From contig CAVTWJ010000019.1 in assembly GCA_963738405.1 (NCBI GenBank), forward strand, positions 32,001 to 96,000: a DNA stretch of 64,000 nucleotides, read 5' to 3'. The notes beneath the pieces were generated by a model. That model saw only the letters and a program-made list of their open reading frames with translations, was not told the origin of the DNA and made no database searches. Made by a program: the position numbers and the translations under genes. Source of the DNA: a candidate division FCPU426 bacterium. Its GTDB lineage: Bacteria; Oederibacteriota; Muellerivitia; Muellerivitales; Muellerivitaceae. Positions 18,146-26,334 of the stretch are shown one piece after another; within the stretch, counting starts at the first letter, position 1, and every line of letters begins with the position of its first letter.

Positions 18146-18964
18146 TCAAGCCAACAGCCCCGCCTGCCGGAACGAAAAATGCCCCTCCGCCGTCACGATC
18201 AAATGGTCATGCACCGTAATCCCCATGGCCCTGGAGGCGGTGACGATTTGGCGGGTCAGCTGGCGGTCCCCCTCCGACGCTTCCAAACTTCCGCCCGGAT
18301 GGTTGTGCGCCAAAAGAATCCCCGAGGCGTTGAGGTCCAGGGCTTTTTTGAGGATTTCGCGCGGATAGACCGCTGTGTGGTCCACCGTGCCTTCCTGCAG
18401 GGCCTCGTAGGTTAATAGGTGGTTTCGATGATCCACGTAAAGCACCGCGAAAACTTCCCGGGGTTTGGCGCCAATTTGCTCCCTTAAAAATTCGGCCGCG
18501 TCCCCCGGCCCAGCCAAGGGCCTTCCCCTTTTAAATTTTTCCCGTGACGCTAGGCGGAACAGATCGCCCATGGCCTTGAAATGCAGGGCGCTTTGGGCGG
18601 GCAGGCCCCCAAGCTTCTCGAGACTTTTCAAGTCCGCTTCCAAAACGCTTTGAAGGTTCTTATAAACCGCCAAAAGCCTCTTGGCGTAGGGCTTTGTGTC
18701 GCGATGGGGGATGCTATAAGAAAGAAGCAGTTCCACCAGTTCGTAATCATGCAATCCCCCGGCGCCGGTGAGGGCGAATCTTTCTTTCAGTCTTTTTCGG
18801 TGGCCCAAATAGTCGGGCAGGTCTTCTTCCTCTGTCCGGGAAGGCTCCGGATTTATGGGCCGAACAGGCTGGGGCAAGACCGGTGCAGACGCGGGGGTTA
18901 GTAGGGAAAGCAGGCTTTCCTGGGGGTTTTCAACGGTTGGAGCGGCAGGTGCGACGAAAGCCAT
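18146..18964 (-). CDS. radC: RadC family JAB-domain protein
   Basis: GHRKRLKERF, DYELVELLL, YPREILK, LAHNHPGG..S..D, HDHLIV; RBS GGAGG before ATG at 18964. Confidence 0.95.
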   Translation of the reverse strand: MAFVAPAAPTVENPQESLLSLLTPASAPVLPQPVRPINPEPSRTEEEDLPDYLGHRKRLKERFALTGAGGLHDYELVELLLSYSIPHRDTKPYAKRLLAVYKNLQSVLEADLKSLEKLGGLPAQSALHFKAMGDLFRLASREKFKRGRPLAGPGDAAEFLREQIGAKPREVFAVLYVDHRNHLLTYEALQEGTVDHTAVYPREILKKALDLNASGILLAHNHPGGSLEASEGDRQLTRQIVTASRAMGITVHDHLIVTAEGHFSFRQAGLLA

Positions 18965-18987
18965 AGGGCCTCCTTTTTTGCTTGACG

Positions 18988-19025
18988 AAGAATACAGTCG
19001 TATACTAGTATACAACCGTATTCTT
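18988..19025. promoter_or_regulatory. 38-bp palindrome with two candidate LexA boxes overlapping the divergent radC/lexA promoters
   Basis: AAGAATACagtcGTATACTAGTATACaaccGTATTCTT, flanked by TTGACG (+) and TTGCTT-N16-TATACT (-). Confidence 0.75.
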
Positions 19026-19060
19026 TAAAAGCAAATTCTTTTCCACCCCTAGGAGAAAAA

Positions 19061-19678
19061 ATGGCACCCAGCGAAGAAGCCCTTACCGAGATCCAACGGA
19101 ACGTCTTGAACTATGTTCAGGAACATTTAAACGAAAGCCACCGCCCCCCCACCGTTCGGGACATCATGCGGCACTTCAAATGGAACTCTCCCCAATCGGC
19201 GCGCAAGCATCTCTTGGCGCTGGAAGAAAAGGGATACCTGGAACGCGAGGACCGCACGGCCCGGGGCCTGCGCCTGACGGACGCGCCCGAGGCTGGAATA
19301 TCCATCCCCATCCTGGGCAAGGTAGCCGCGGGATTACCGCTTCTTGCGGAAGAAAACCGTGAAGGCACCATGGTGGTGGACCCGCATTTGGCCCGGGGCG
19401 GGCGCCATTTGTTCGCCCTGACGGTGCGGGGCGATTCCATGCTCAACGCCCATATCTTGCCTGGAGACAAAGTGATTGTTCAGCAGACCGCCCACGCCTC
19501 AACGGGTGATGTGGTGGTGGCCCTGATCGAAGGGGAGGCCACAGTAAAAACCTTTCGTAAAACGGGAAACAAGGTGGTTCTGGAGCCAGCCAATCCCAAA
19601 TACAACCCCATTGTGGTGACCGACGACCAGGATTTCCGGGTCATCGGCAAGGTCGTTGGGGTTTTCAGCCCCCGCTAG
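19061..19678 (+). CDS. lexA: SOS repressor LexA
   Basis: PPTVRDI wHTH, VAAG cleavage site, GDSM catalytic Ser, TVK catalytic Lys; RBS AGGAG. Confidence 0.97.
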   Translation: MAPSEEALTEIQRNVLNYVQEHLNESHRPPTVRDIMRHFKWNSPQSARKHLLALEEKGYLEREDRTARGLRLTDAPEAGISIPILGKVAAGLPLLAEENREGTMVVDPHLARGGRHLFALTVRGDSMLNAHILPGDKVIVQQTAHASTGDVVVALIEGEATVKTFRKTGNKVVLEPANPKYNPIVVTDDQDFRVIGKVVGVFSPR

Positions 19679-19743
19679 GGGCCGTTCGGCCCGGGCATTC
19701 GCCCCTGTGCCTCCCAAAGACCCGGCGGTTTAAATTCAAAGGA

Positions 19744-20226
19744 ATGGTTATGTCTTTTTCTTTTCCACTCTTCCGTGAAACCCCTTCGACCTATTCCTCC
19801 TTTCCCCTCAAGGGGATGGTGTATGAAATTTCCCTGAGGGTCCGTCATTCCTCGGATGATTTGAAAGACCTGAAGCAGGCCCAGCGTTTGGTGCAGTCCC
19901 TTTTGAGGGGGGAATTGCTGGGGCTTTACCGCATGCTGGATTTCGTCCTCTGGCCCCAGGGCCTTTTCCTGAGGGTTTCCTTGAAAGAATTTTCCACCCT
20001 TTCCGAATTTCTTAGCTTTCTAAAACGCCAATCCCTGTCGCCCGACCCTTCTTCCGCTTCACTTTGGGACGACGATTTGGAATGGATCCGCATCGTGCCG
20101 CCCGAAAAATTAGATGAATCCACCCGGGGGTTCCTGAATAAGGCCCTTTATCTCAAACACGAACTGCAAACGACGGAGGGTTTCAACCCCAACCTCTTTT
20201 TCTTTTACCGCGATCCTTCCCTTTAG
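19744..20226 (+). CDS. Hypothetical protein resembling a catalytically dead Y1/REP-associated HUH transposase
   Basis: KGMVYEISL...DFVLWPQGLFLRV...LSEFLSFLKRQS...LWDD follows the RAYT layout, but the HUH histidines and catalytic Tyr are absent; alignment by eye only. Confidence 0.55.
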   Translation: MVMSFSFPLFRETPSTYSSFPLKGMVYEISLRVRHSSDDLKDLKQAQRLVQSLLRGELLGLYRMLDFVLWPQGLFLRVSLKEFSTLSEFLSFLKRQSLSPDPSSASLWDDDLEWIRIVPPEKLDESTRGFLNKALYLKHELQTTEGFNPNLFFFYRDPSL

Positions 20227-20253
20227 CCCGCCCTTAACGATCTGGATTCTCCC

Positions 20254-21213
20254 ATGGTGCCGTCCAGCCCCACGCCCCTTCCCTCCTTCACCGATGTGGA
20301 TGACGATCCCCGGCAGGTGGAATATCTCGAGATCAGGGTCAAAAGCGCGCTTCACATCGTGCGCCGGCCCTACATGTCCAACCCCTTCACCTATACCCTC
20401 AACCTTTACCGGGGATGCCGCCACGGATGCCCCTATTGTTTCGCCCGCTACACCCATTGGTTTTTGGGTTTCCAGAACTCCTTCGATTTTCAGCGCAAGA
20501 TCCAGGTAAAGGTGAATGTCCTGGAAAGGCTGAGGGAAGAGCTGGAAGGCGGAAAATTCGCCAAGCAATGGGTGAGCCTGGGCGCCGCCACCGACCCTTA
20601 CCAGCCCGCCGAAAAAAAATACCGCCTGGCCCGGGGCGCCTTCGCGGCTTTGGCCCGCCACGCTTGGCCCGCCGCCTTTTCCACCAAGTCGGACCTGGTT
20701 CTCCGGGACCTGGATGTCTTGAAAGACCTCGCCCTTTCCGCCAACGCGGGAGTGGCCATGACCCTGACCACCCTAGACAAAGACTTAAAGGCCTGGTTGG
20801 AGCCTCACGCTGTTTCAATCGAGAGCCGTTTACGGGCCCTGGAAGTCTTGAAGGCCAACCGCATTCCTTGCGGAATCCACTTGATGCCGGTGATCCCCTT
20901 TTTAACTGATGGGGACGAGGCCCTGGAGTCTATGGTGCGCAAAGCCTCCGAACTGGGAGTCGACTATTTTTATTTCAACGTGCTTCGACTTCGAGGACAG
21001 GTGGTTCGGGGGTACTTTTTCGAGAGGTTGAAGGTTCAATTTCCCAAGATCTACTGGAAATTAAGAAACCTTTACGGGAGAAACGCCGAAGCCCCCAAAC
21101 CCTACCGTGAAAACCTGTCCGTGAAAATGAAGGCTCTACGAGAAAAATGGAGTGTGAAAAACAGGAAGGATTGGGGCTTCCCGGGGGATCAATTGGATTT
21201 CTTCGGGGGATAA
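20254..21213 (+). CDS. SplB-like (Rv2578c/PA0069 family) radical SAM protein
   Basis: LNLYRGCRHGCPYCFAR (CxxxCxxC), ATDPYQPAE, STKSDLVLRDLD, PVIPFLTD; C-terminal QLDFF. Confidence 0.92.
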   Translation: MVPSSPTPLPSFTDVDDDPRQVEYLEIRVKSALHIVRRPYMSNPFTYTLNLYRGCRHGCPYCFARYTHWFLGFQNSFDFQRKIQVKVNVLERLREELEGGKFAKQWVSLGAATDPYQPAEKKYRLARGAFAALARHAWPAAFSTKSDLVLRDLDVLKDLALSANAGVAMTLTTLDKDLKAWLEPHAVSIESRLRALEVLKANRIPCGIHLMPVIPFLTDGDEALESMVRKASELGVDYFYFNVLRLRGQVVRGYFFERLKVQFPKIYWKLRNLYGRNAEAPKPYRENLSVKMKALREKWSVKNRKDWGFPGDQLDFFGG

Positions 21214-21252
21214 TATTCCTGGGCCCCTTCGGGCCTTTTAATTCTCGCCAAT

Positions 21253-21290
21253 AAAAAAGCCCCTCACTCATTGAAGAGGAGGGGCTTTAA
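21253..21290. terminator. Probable intrinsic terminator between convergent genes
   Basis: AAAAAAGCCCCTC...GAGGGGCTTT stem-loop. Confidence 0.7.
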
Positions 21291-21301
21291 CATCAAAAAA
21301 A

Positions 21302-21895
21302 CTAAACGCCGTAAGCCAGTTCCTCATCCGCGTTGGAGGGGTCCCGATCTTCATTGCCTTGGGCCGGAGGGAAGATCAAGCCAGCCTGGATCTTGACGAT
21401 GTCTTCCAAGTTCGTCAGCTTGTCGGCGGTGCGGATCATTTCACGGCTTTGCGCGTCTGGAAACACGGCCAGTTCCACATGCTTGCCCAAATCCTTCACC
21501 AGGCCCATGGCGGGCGAGAAGTCTTGGTCTTCGGTAACCACGATAGCGGTGTCGTAAAAATCCCGGGCGGCGTAATAAACCATGTCGGCGGCCATGCGGA
21601 CATCCACGCCCTTCTCCATGCGGTGGCCCTCCCGGTTTTGGATGATGCGCCCCAAGCGCAGTTCCAGGTAGGGAGTTCGATCCAAGGAGTCGAAAAAGGA
21701 CTGTTGACTCTTGGCCTTGTCGGAGAAATGGGTCGAGTCGAAAACCGCGTTATAGTAGAAAGTACGCACAAGCTTTCTCTTTTCGCCCGCCAGGGCCAGC
21801 GAAAATTGGTAATAATCCACCCGCGTCATTTTGTTGTTCCGTTTGAGCGCGAAATAGAGATTGCTGCCGTCGATAAAAACGCATACACGAGACAT
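21302..21895 (-). CDS. NYN domain (LabA/DUF88) protein
   Basis: VFIDGSNLY, EKGVDV, VVTEDQDF PIN-like acidic motifs. Confidence 0.92.
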   Translation of the reverse strand: MSRVCVFIDGSNLYFALKRNNKMTRVDYYQFSLALAGEKRKLVRTFYYNAVFDSTHFSDKAKSQQSFFDSLDRTPYLELRLGRIIQNREGHRMEKGVDVRMAADMVYYAARDFYDTAIVVTEDQDFSPAMGLVKDLGKHVELAVFPDAQSREMIRTADKLTNLEDIVKIQAGLIFPPAQGNEDRDPSNADEELAYGV

Positions 21896-22037
21896 AAAGA
21901 TTCTCCTTCATTTTTCAATCCACCCTGATGATCCAGAGTTTTATACCGTACTCTCCCGCTTATACAGGCGCAAGGGGCGTCCCTAAATATTTCTATCAAA
22001 AATAATCACAATGAATTAAACACTTTTTTATTTTTAG

Positions 22038-22601
22038 TTACTTAAATTTTATGGGATTTTCCATTTTGAACAATTCGAGGTATTGGAAAGCGGCGACCAC
22101 CAGGGCGTGCCGGATCTTCCCGGACCTGATCATGGAAGGAATCGCGTCCAGGTCCACTTCGCTCACTTCCAACTCCTCGGCATCGTCCAGTTTCAGGTCC
22201 GCCACCTTCCGGGCCCCCAAGGCTAGATAGAGATAGCAGCTGTTATCCAGAATCGCCGGATTGGGGTAGGTTTCGCCGATGAGATGCCATTCCGCGGCTT
22301 CATGTCCCGTTTCCTCCAACAGCTCCCTTTTCGCGGCCACCAGGGGCTGAAGGTCCCGGGCGTCCACCGCCCCTCCGGGAATTTCCAGGCTGAAATCCTG
22401 CTTACCGTGCCGGAATTGGTTCACCAACAACACTTTCCGTTCAGGGGTGAGGGCGACGATGTTGGTCCAGGAATGGGTCGCGAAAACATAAAAGGGATGC
22501 TCCACACCCGTGAGGGGGGAAGCGCTCTGCCGCACCAAAACCTTGAAGTAACCGCAGTCATAAGCCACCTTCTCACCCAGTAGTTTCCAAGGTTCGATCA
22601 T
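22038..22601 (-). CDS. NUDIX hydrolase (ADP-ribose pyrophosphatase-like)
   Basis: LEIPGG...AAKRELLEETG Nudix box. Confidence 0.92.
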   Translation of the reverse strand: MIEPWKLLGEKVAYDCGYFKVLVRQSASPLTGVEHPFYVFATHSWTNIVALTPERKVLLVNQFRHGKQDFSLEIPGGAVDARDLQPLVAAKRELLEETGHEAAEWHLIGETYPNPAILDNSCYLYLALGARKVADLKLDDAEELEVSEVDLDAIPSMIRSGKIRHALVVAAFQYLELFKMENPIKFK

Positions 22602-23785
22602 TTTTTTCCTTTTTGATGTTTATGTTTTTTGTGCTTGTCCTTTTTCTTATGCTTCTTTTTATCTTTTTGGTCCTTCTGCTTTTTGGATTTTTTTACGGTT
22701 TTCTTTCGGGCCGCTGTCTTGGCCGCCACTGGTTTTGCGGCCGACAGGCCGCCGCCTGACAAGCGGATGCCTGACATGAAAACGGCGTGAACCCCCTCGT
22801 CGGTCGCGGCTTTGACGATGGGCAGGCCAAAGTTGACGACGTAAAGTTTTTGGGCCTTGGCCGCCACGGGCTTGGGAAGCTGGGGCCCGTCACCCGCCGA
22901 GCAATTCAAAACCGCCTGCCGGGGGTTGCGGATTCCCGGGATGGTGGTGGAGACTTCAGGATAGGCCAGTGTCCACTTGAGGGCGGCCTCCCCCAGTGTC
23001 ATTTTCTTTCCCTGCAGGAATTTTAGTTTTTCCACTTTTTTAAGCGCGGTCTTGAGGTTCTCGCCTTGGTAAAGCCTTGCGCGATGGTCATCCCCCGCAA
23101 ACCGGGTTTTGAGGTTGAACCTTCCGCTCAAGGCGCCGAAGGCCAGGGGAACCCGGGCGATGATTCCCACCCCGTATTGTCCCGCCAGGGGAAAAACCTT
23201 CCGGATCGGATCCTGGTAGAACAGGTTGAAGAAGATTTGGAGCGTATCGACCTGCCTCCATCGGATAAGGTCGTTGGCTTCGTCGCTTCCCTTGTCCCTG
23301 AGGGAAATTCCAAAGGCCTGGATCTTGCCGTCCCTTTTTAATTTTGCCACCGCCGACAGCAGGGGTTCGCTTTGGGCATTCCATTGGGTGCTCCAAGTGT
23401 GCAGCTGCTGAACCTGCAGGCATTCCACCCCAAGGTTCTTGAGGGATTCCTCGGTTTTGGAAATAACCCAATCGGCGGGGAAGGCTTCGGAAAGAGGCGT
23501 TCCCGGCTTGACATCCCACTGGCAATTCTTGGGGGGAATCTTGGAGGCAAGGACTGGTTTTTCGGACCGGTCCCTTAAGACGGAAGCGATCAGTTTTTCG
23601 CTGTGTCCGTCTCCATAGACGAGGGCCGTATCGATAAACTGACAGCCCATGTCCAGGGCCTGATGCAGGGCCAACCGTGAATCGGTGTCGTCCTGGGGCC
23701 CCCACATGGAGCCCCCGATGGCCCAAGCTCCGAAGCCGATTTCACTGACTTGTAAACCCGTGTTTCCTAAGGCGCGGTAACGCAT
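22598..23785 (-). CDS. Aldo/keto reductase with Lys/His-rich C-terminal tail
   Basis: LGNTGLQVSEIGFGAW, FIDTALVYG, TIPG motifs. Confidence 0.92.
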   Translation of the reverse strand: MRYRALGNTGLQVSEIGFGAWAIGGSMWGPQDDTDSRLALHQALDMGCQFIDTALVYGDGHSEKLIASVLRDRSEKPVLASKIPPKNCQWDVKPGTPLSEAFPADWVISKTEESLKNLGVECLQVQQLHTWSTQWNAQSEPLLSAVAKLKRDGKIQAFGISLRDKGSDEANDLIRWRQVDTLQIFFNLFYQDPIRKVFPLAGQYGVGIIARVPLAFGALSGRFNLKTRFAGDDHRARLYQGENLKTALKKVEKLKFLQGKKMTLGEAALKWTLAYPEVSTTIPGIRNPRQAVLNCSAGDGPQLPKPVAAKAQKLYVVNFGLPIVKAATDEGVHAVFMSGIRLSGGGLSAAKPVAAKTAARKKTVKKSKKQKDQKDKKKHKKKDKHKKHKHQKGKK

Positions 23786-23903
23786 GGATTCCCTCCCTGA
23801 CTTTTCCAGTAAACAGGCATTAAATAAAATGACACTTTTGAATAGGGCAAAGATGTTGTCGGCTTATTCTTTTCGTTAGGTGGGGAAAAAACAAGTGGAA
23901 CGG

Positions 23904-25010
23904 CTATGGAAGCGCTTTGTGCCTTCGAACGGGTTTTTCCTGGGGGAGGTAGACTTCCCGGTAAATGGCCAGGAAAGCCAGCCCCAGGGCCAGGATAATG
24001 GGCCCAAGAAAAATGCCTAAAAGCCCGTAAACCTTCAGTCCGCCGATGGTGGTAAAGAAAAGCCAAAAGGCTGAAATTTTCGCCTCGTTGCCGATGAGCC
24101 AGGGGCGCAAAATTTGATCCAGCACCGTCAAAACGATCCCCCAAAGCAACAGCCCCACGAAAGGGCCGATCATCCCCTGGTATAAAAGCCAAACGCAGGA
24201 AGGGATCCAAACCGAAGCCGCCCCCAGGAATGGGATGAAGGCATTGATGAAAGCCACGAGCCCCAAGAGAATCGGAATGGGCATTCCCACCACCACGAAA
24301 CCAAGCCCTGCCAGGAAGCCCTGCAGGATGGAGGAAAGGAAAATAGCCCTGACCACCGCGGTCACCGTGACCGAAAAAACATGAACCATCTTGTCCCGGT
24401 GCTTCGCCTCCATGGGCAAAAACTCAATGGTTTTCAATGCCAGCCGTGAACCGTCCCGGAAGAAGAAAAACAAGGCGACGGTGGTGAAGATAATTTCCAG
24501 CAGAAGGCTCGCAAGGTTTCGGATGACATAAGAGACCTTGTCCAAAATCATATCCGAAAGGCTCTGCATCAAGTTGGCCATTTCCCTTAAAAGGCCCGCC
24601 TCGGCCTGGGGATTATCCAGCCCCATCGCGCTTAAGAGCGGCCCAAAGTTCCATGTTTTCAATTGAGTCAAAAGCCATAGGCTTTTTTCGTCCCAATGGG
24701 TGGTGGATAAAAAGGTATAGGCCCAGTGAAGCTCAGGCCCCAAATAGAGGACAACAAAAAAACCGGGAAGGGCCAGGATCCCCAAGACGACCAGGGTGGA
24801 CAACAGGGCCGAAAGATTCACCCGGCCCCTGGTCCATCGAAGGAAAAAAGAAAAGACCGGATAAAAAACCATCACCAGAATGGTCGCCCAGACGAAGGAA
24901 CGCAAAAAGGGCTCAAGGATGGTGAAAAGAAGGCTCAAGAGAAAAATCAACAGCACGAAAAAGGCCACCACGAAGATGTTTTGCCGGGAAATTTGAAATT
25001 GAGGGATCAT
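23904..25010 (-). CDS. AI-2E family transporter
   Basis: Multiple TM helices; FIPFLG and GLLGIFLGPIIL motifs. Confidence 0.9.
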   Translation of the reverse strand: MIPQFQISRQNIFVVAFFVLLIFLLSLLFTILEPFLRSFVWATILVMVFYPVFSFFLRWTRGRVNLSALLSTLVVLGILALPGFFVVLYLGPELHWAYTFLSTTHWDEKSLWLLTQLKTWNFGPLLSAMGLDNPQAEAGLLREMANLMQSLSDMILDKVSYVIRNLASLLLEIIFTTVALFFFFRDGSRLALKTIEFLPMEAKHRDKMVHVFSVTVTAVVRAIFLSSILQGFLAGLGFVVVGMPIPILLGLVAFINAFIPFLGAASVWIPSCVWLLYQGMIGPFVGLLLWGIVLTVLDQILRPWLIGNEAKISAFWLFFTTIGGLKVYGLLGIFLGPIILALGLAFLAIYREVYLPQEKPVRRHKALP

Positions 25011-25159
25011 GATGGCCTTGAGTCGTATGGGTTTAACGGGTAAGTCTTTTCTTAGGCGGGGTTATTCTATCTAAAAAGGATAAGGACGCTAAAAAGATTC
25101 GTCCCTACCCGCACATTTGCTTGTAACCGCCTCCCCAAAAAACGGATAATCTTTGAACA

Positions 25160-25795
25160 ATGCCCCGCAAACCAAAGAAAACCACAGCTCTCCCCCTCTT
25201 CGCTCCCGGCTTTTGGCCCCAAGCCCTGACGGAAGCCTGGGCCCTTATCTTTTTTTCATGCGCTTTCGCCCTTCTCTTCAACGCCTTTTACCCGGACGGC
25301 ATTGAATTGAAGTACAAGGAACCCAAGAAAATTTACCTAATGGATTTTTTGGTTCAAAAGGCAGTCCAGGAAAAATCCGCGACCCAGGCCCCCGTGAAAA
25401 ACCACAACTCCCAATCTTCTTCCAATGCCGGTTCTCTTCCCCCCAGTGATTCCATCCCCCGCTTGAGCCTGGTGGGAGCTAAGTTGAAGTTCGACAAAAA
25501 GAAATCGGTTTTCTTGGACGCCCGAAAGAACGAGGAATACCAGGCAGGGCATATCCCCGGGGCCTATAACCTCTTTTCGGAGGATCTGGATCAGGATGCT
25601 CCCAAGGTTCTTCCCCTTATCCCTGACAAAGACCAGGATATCGTCTGCTATTGCCATGGCGGGGACTGCGACATGGCCCTTCGCGACGCACGGTTTTTAA
25701 TGGATCAGGGTTATACCCACGTGGAAGTTTACCTTGGCGGATGGCCCGAATGGAGCAAGGTCGGCTATCCGACGGCGAAGGGGGAAAACCCGTGA
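25160..25795 (+). CDS. Membrane-anchored rhodanese-like protein
   Basis: FLDAR..EY.AGHIPGA, CYCHGGDC, YLGGWPEW; N-terminal TM helix. Confidence 0.88.
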   Translation: MPRKPKKTTALPLFAPGFWPQALTEAWALIFFSCAFALLFNAFYPDGIELKYKEPKKIYLMDFLVQKAVQEKSATQAPVKNHNSQSSSNAGSLPPSDSIPRLSLVGAKLKFDKKKSVFLDARKNEEYQAGHIPGAYNLFSEDLDQDAPKVLPLIPDKDQDIVCYCHGGDCDMALRDARFLMDQGYTHVEVYLGGWPEWSKVGYPTAKGENP

Positions 25796-26331
25796 ACCTC
25801 GCCAAAATCATGACCGACCCGGGTCTTTGCGCCGTTTGCGCTATGCTTCTGGCTCTCTGGGTTTGGGTCCATCGCGCGAATGTAAAGACGCCCTTTGACG
25901 GCGAAAAAGCTCTCATGACCCTTTTTCGAATTTTCTGCGGGTTCCTTCTTGTTTACTCCACCCGGGACAAACTGCTGGACCCGGCACACTTTCTCACCGA
26001 GGTGGATGACTATCACTTTTTGCCAAGCCAGCTGGTACCCCTGGCAGCGGCAGTGATTCCCTGGATCGAGTTTTTTTCAGGCGCGGCCCTGATGCTGGGG
26101 TTTGCCTGGCGGGGAGGGGCGGTAGTCTTTTGCCTCTTGATGGTCATTTATAGCGATGCCATCAGCTGGGCCTTCGTGCGGGGGCTGGATATCGGCTGCG
26201 GCTGCGGCCTGGCCGACCCTTCAGAAAAAATCACCTGGTTGACCGTTTTTCGGGACCTGCTGTTTCTGGTTTTAGGGCTGGCGGTGCTTTTTTCGCCCTC
26301 AACCTACGTTTCCTTCAACAAGAAAAAATAA
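25792..26331 (+). CDS. MauE/DoxX family membrane protein
   Basis: IPWIE and RGLDIGCGC motifs; GTGA overlap with the rhodanese stop codon. Confidence 0.85.
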   Translation: MNLAKIMTDPGLCAVCAMLLALWVWVHRANVKTPFDGEKALMTLFRIFCGFLLVYSTRDKLLDPAHFLTEVDDYHFLPSQLVPLAAAVIPWIEFFSGAALMLGFAWRGGAVVFCLLMVIYSDAISWAFVRGLDIGCGCGLADPSEKITWLTVFRDLLFLVLGLAVLFSPSTYVSFNKKK

Positions 26332-26334
26332 GAA

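Noticed and set aside
19744..20226. Active IS200/RAYT mobile element
   Set aside because: The HUH and catalytic Tyr residues are missing, and no flanking REP array or tnpB is present.
21302..21895. NYN gene as part of the LexA cassette
   Set aside because: It is convergent, separated by a terminator, and no ATAC-N4-GTAT motif is seen upstream of it.
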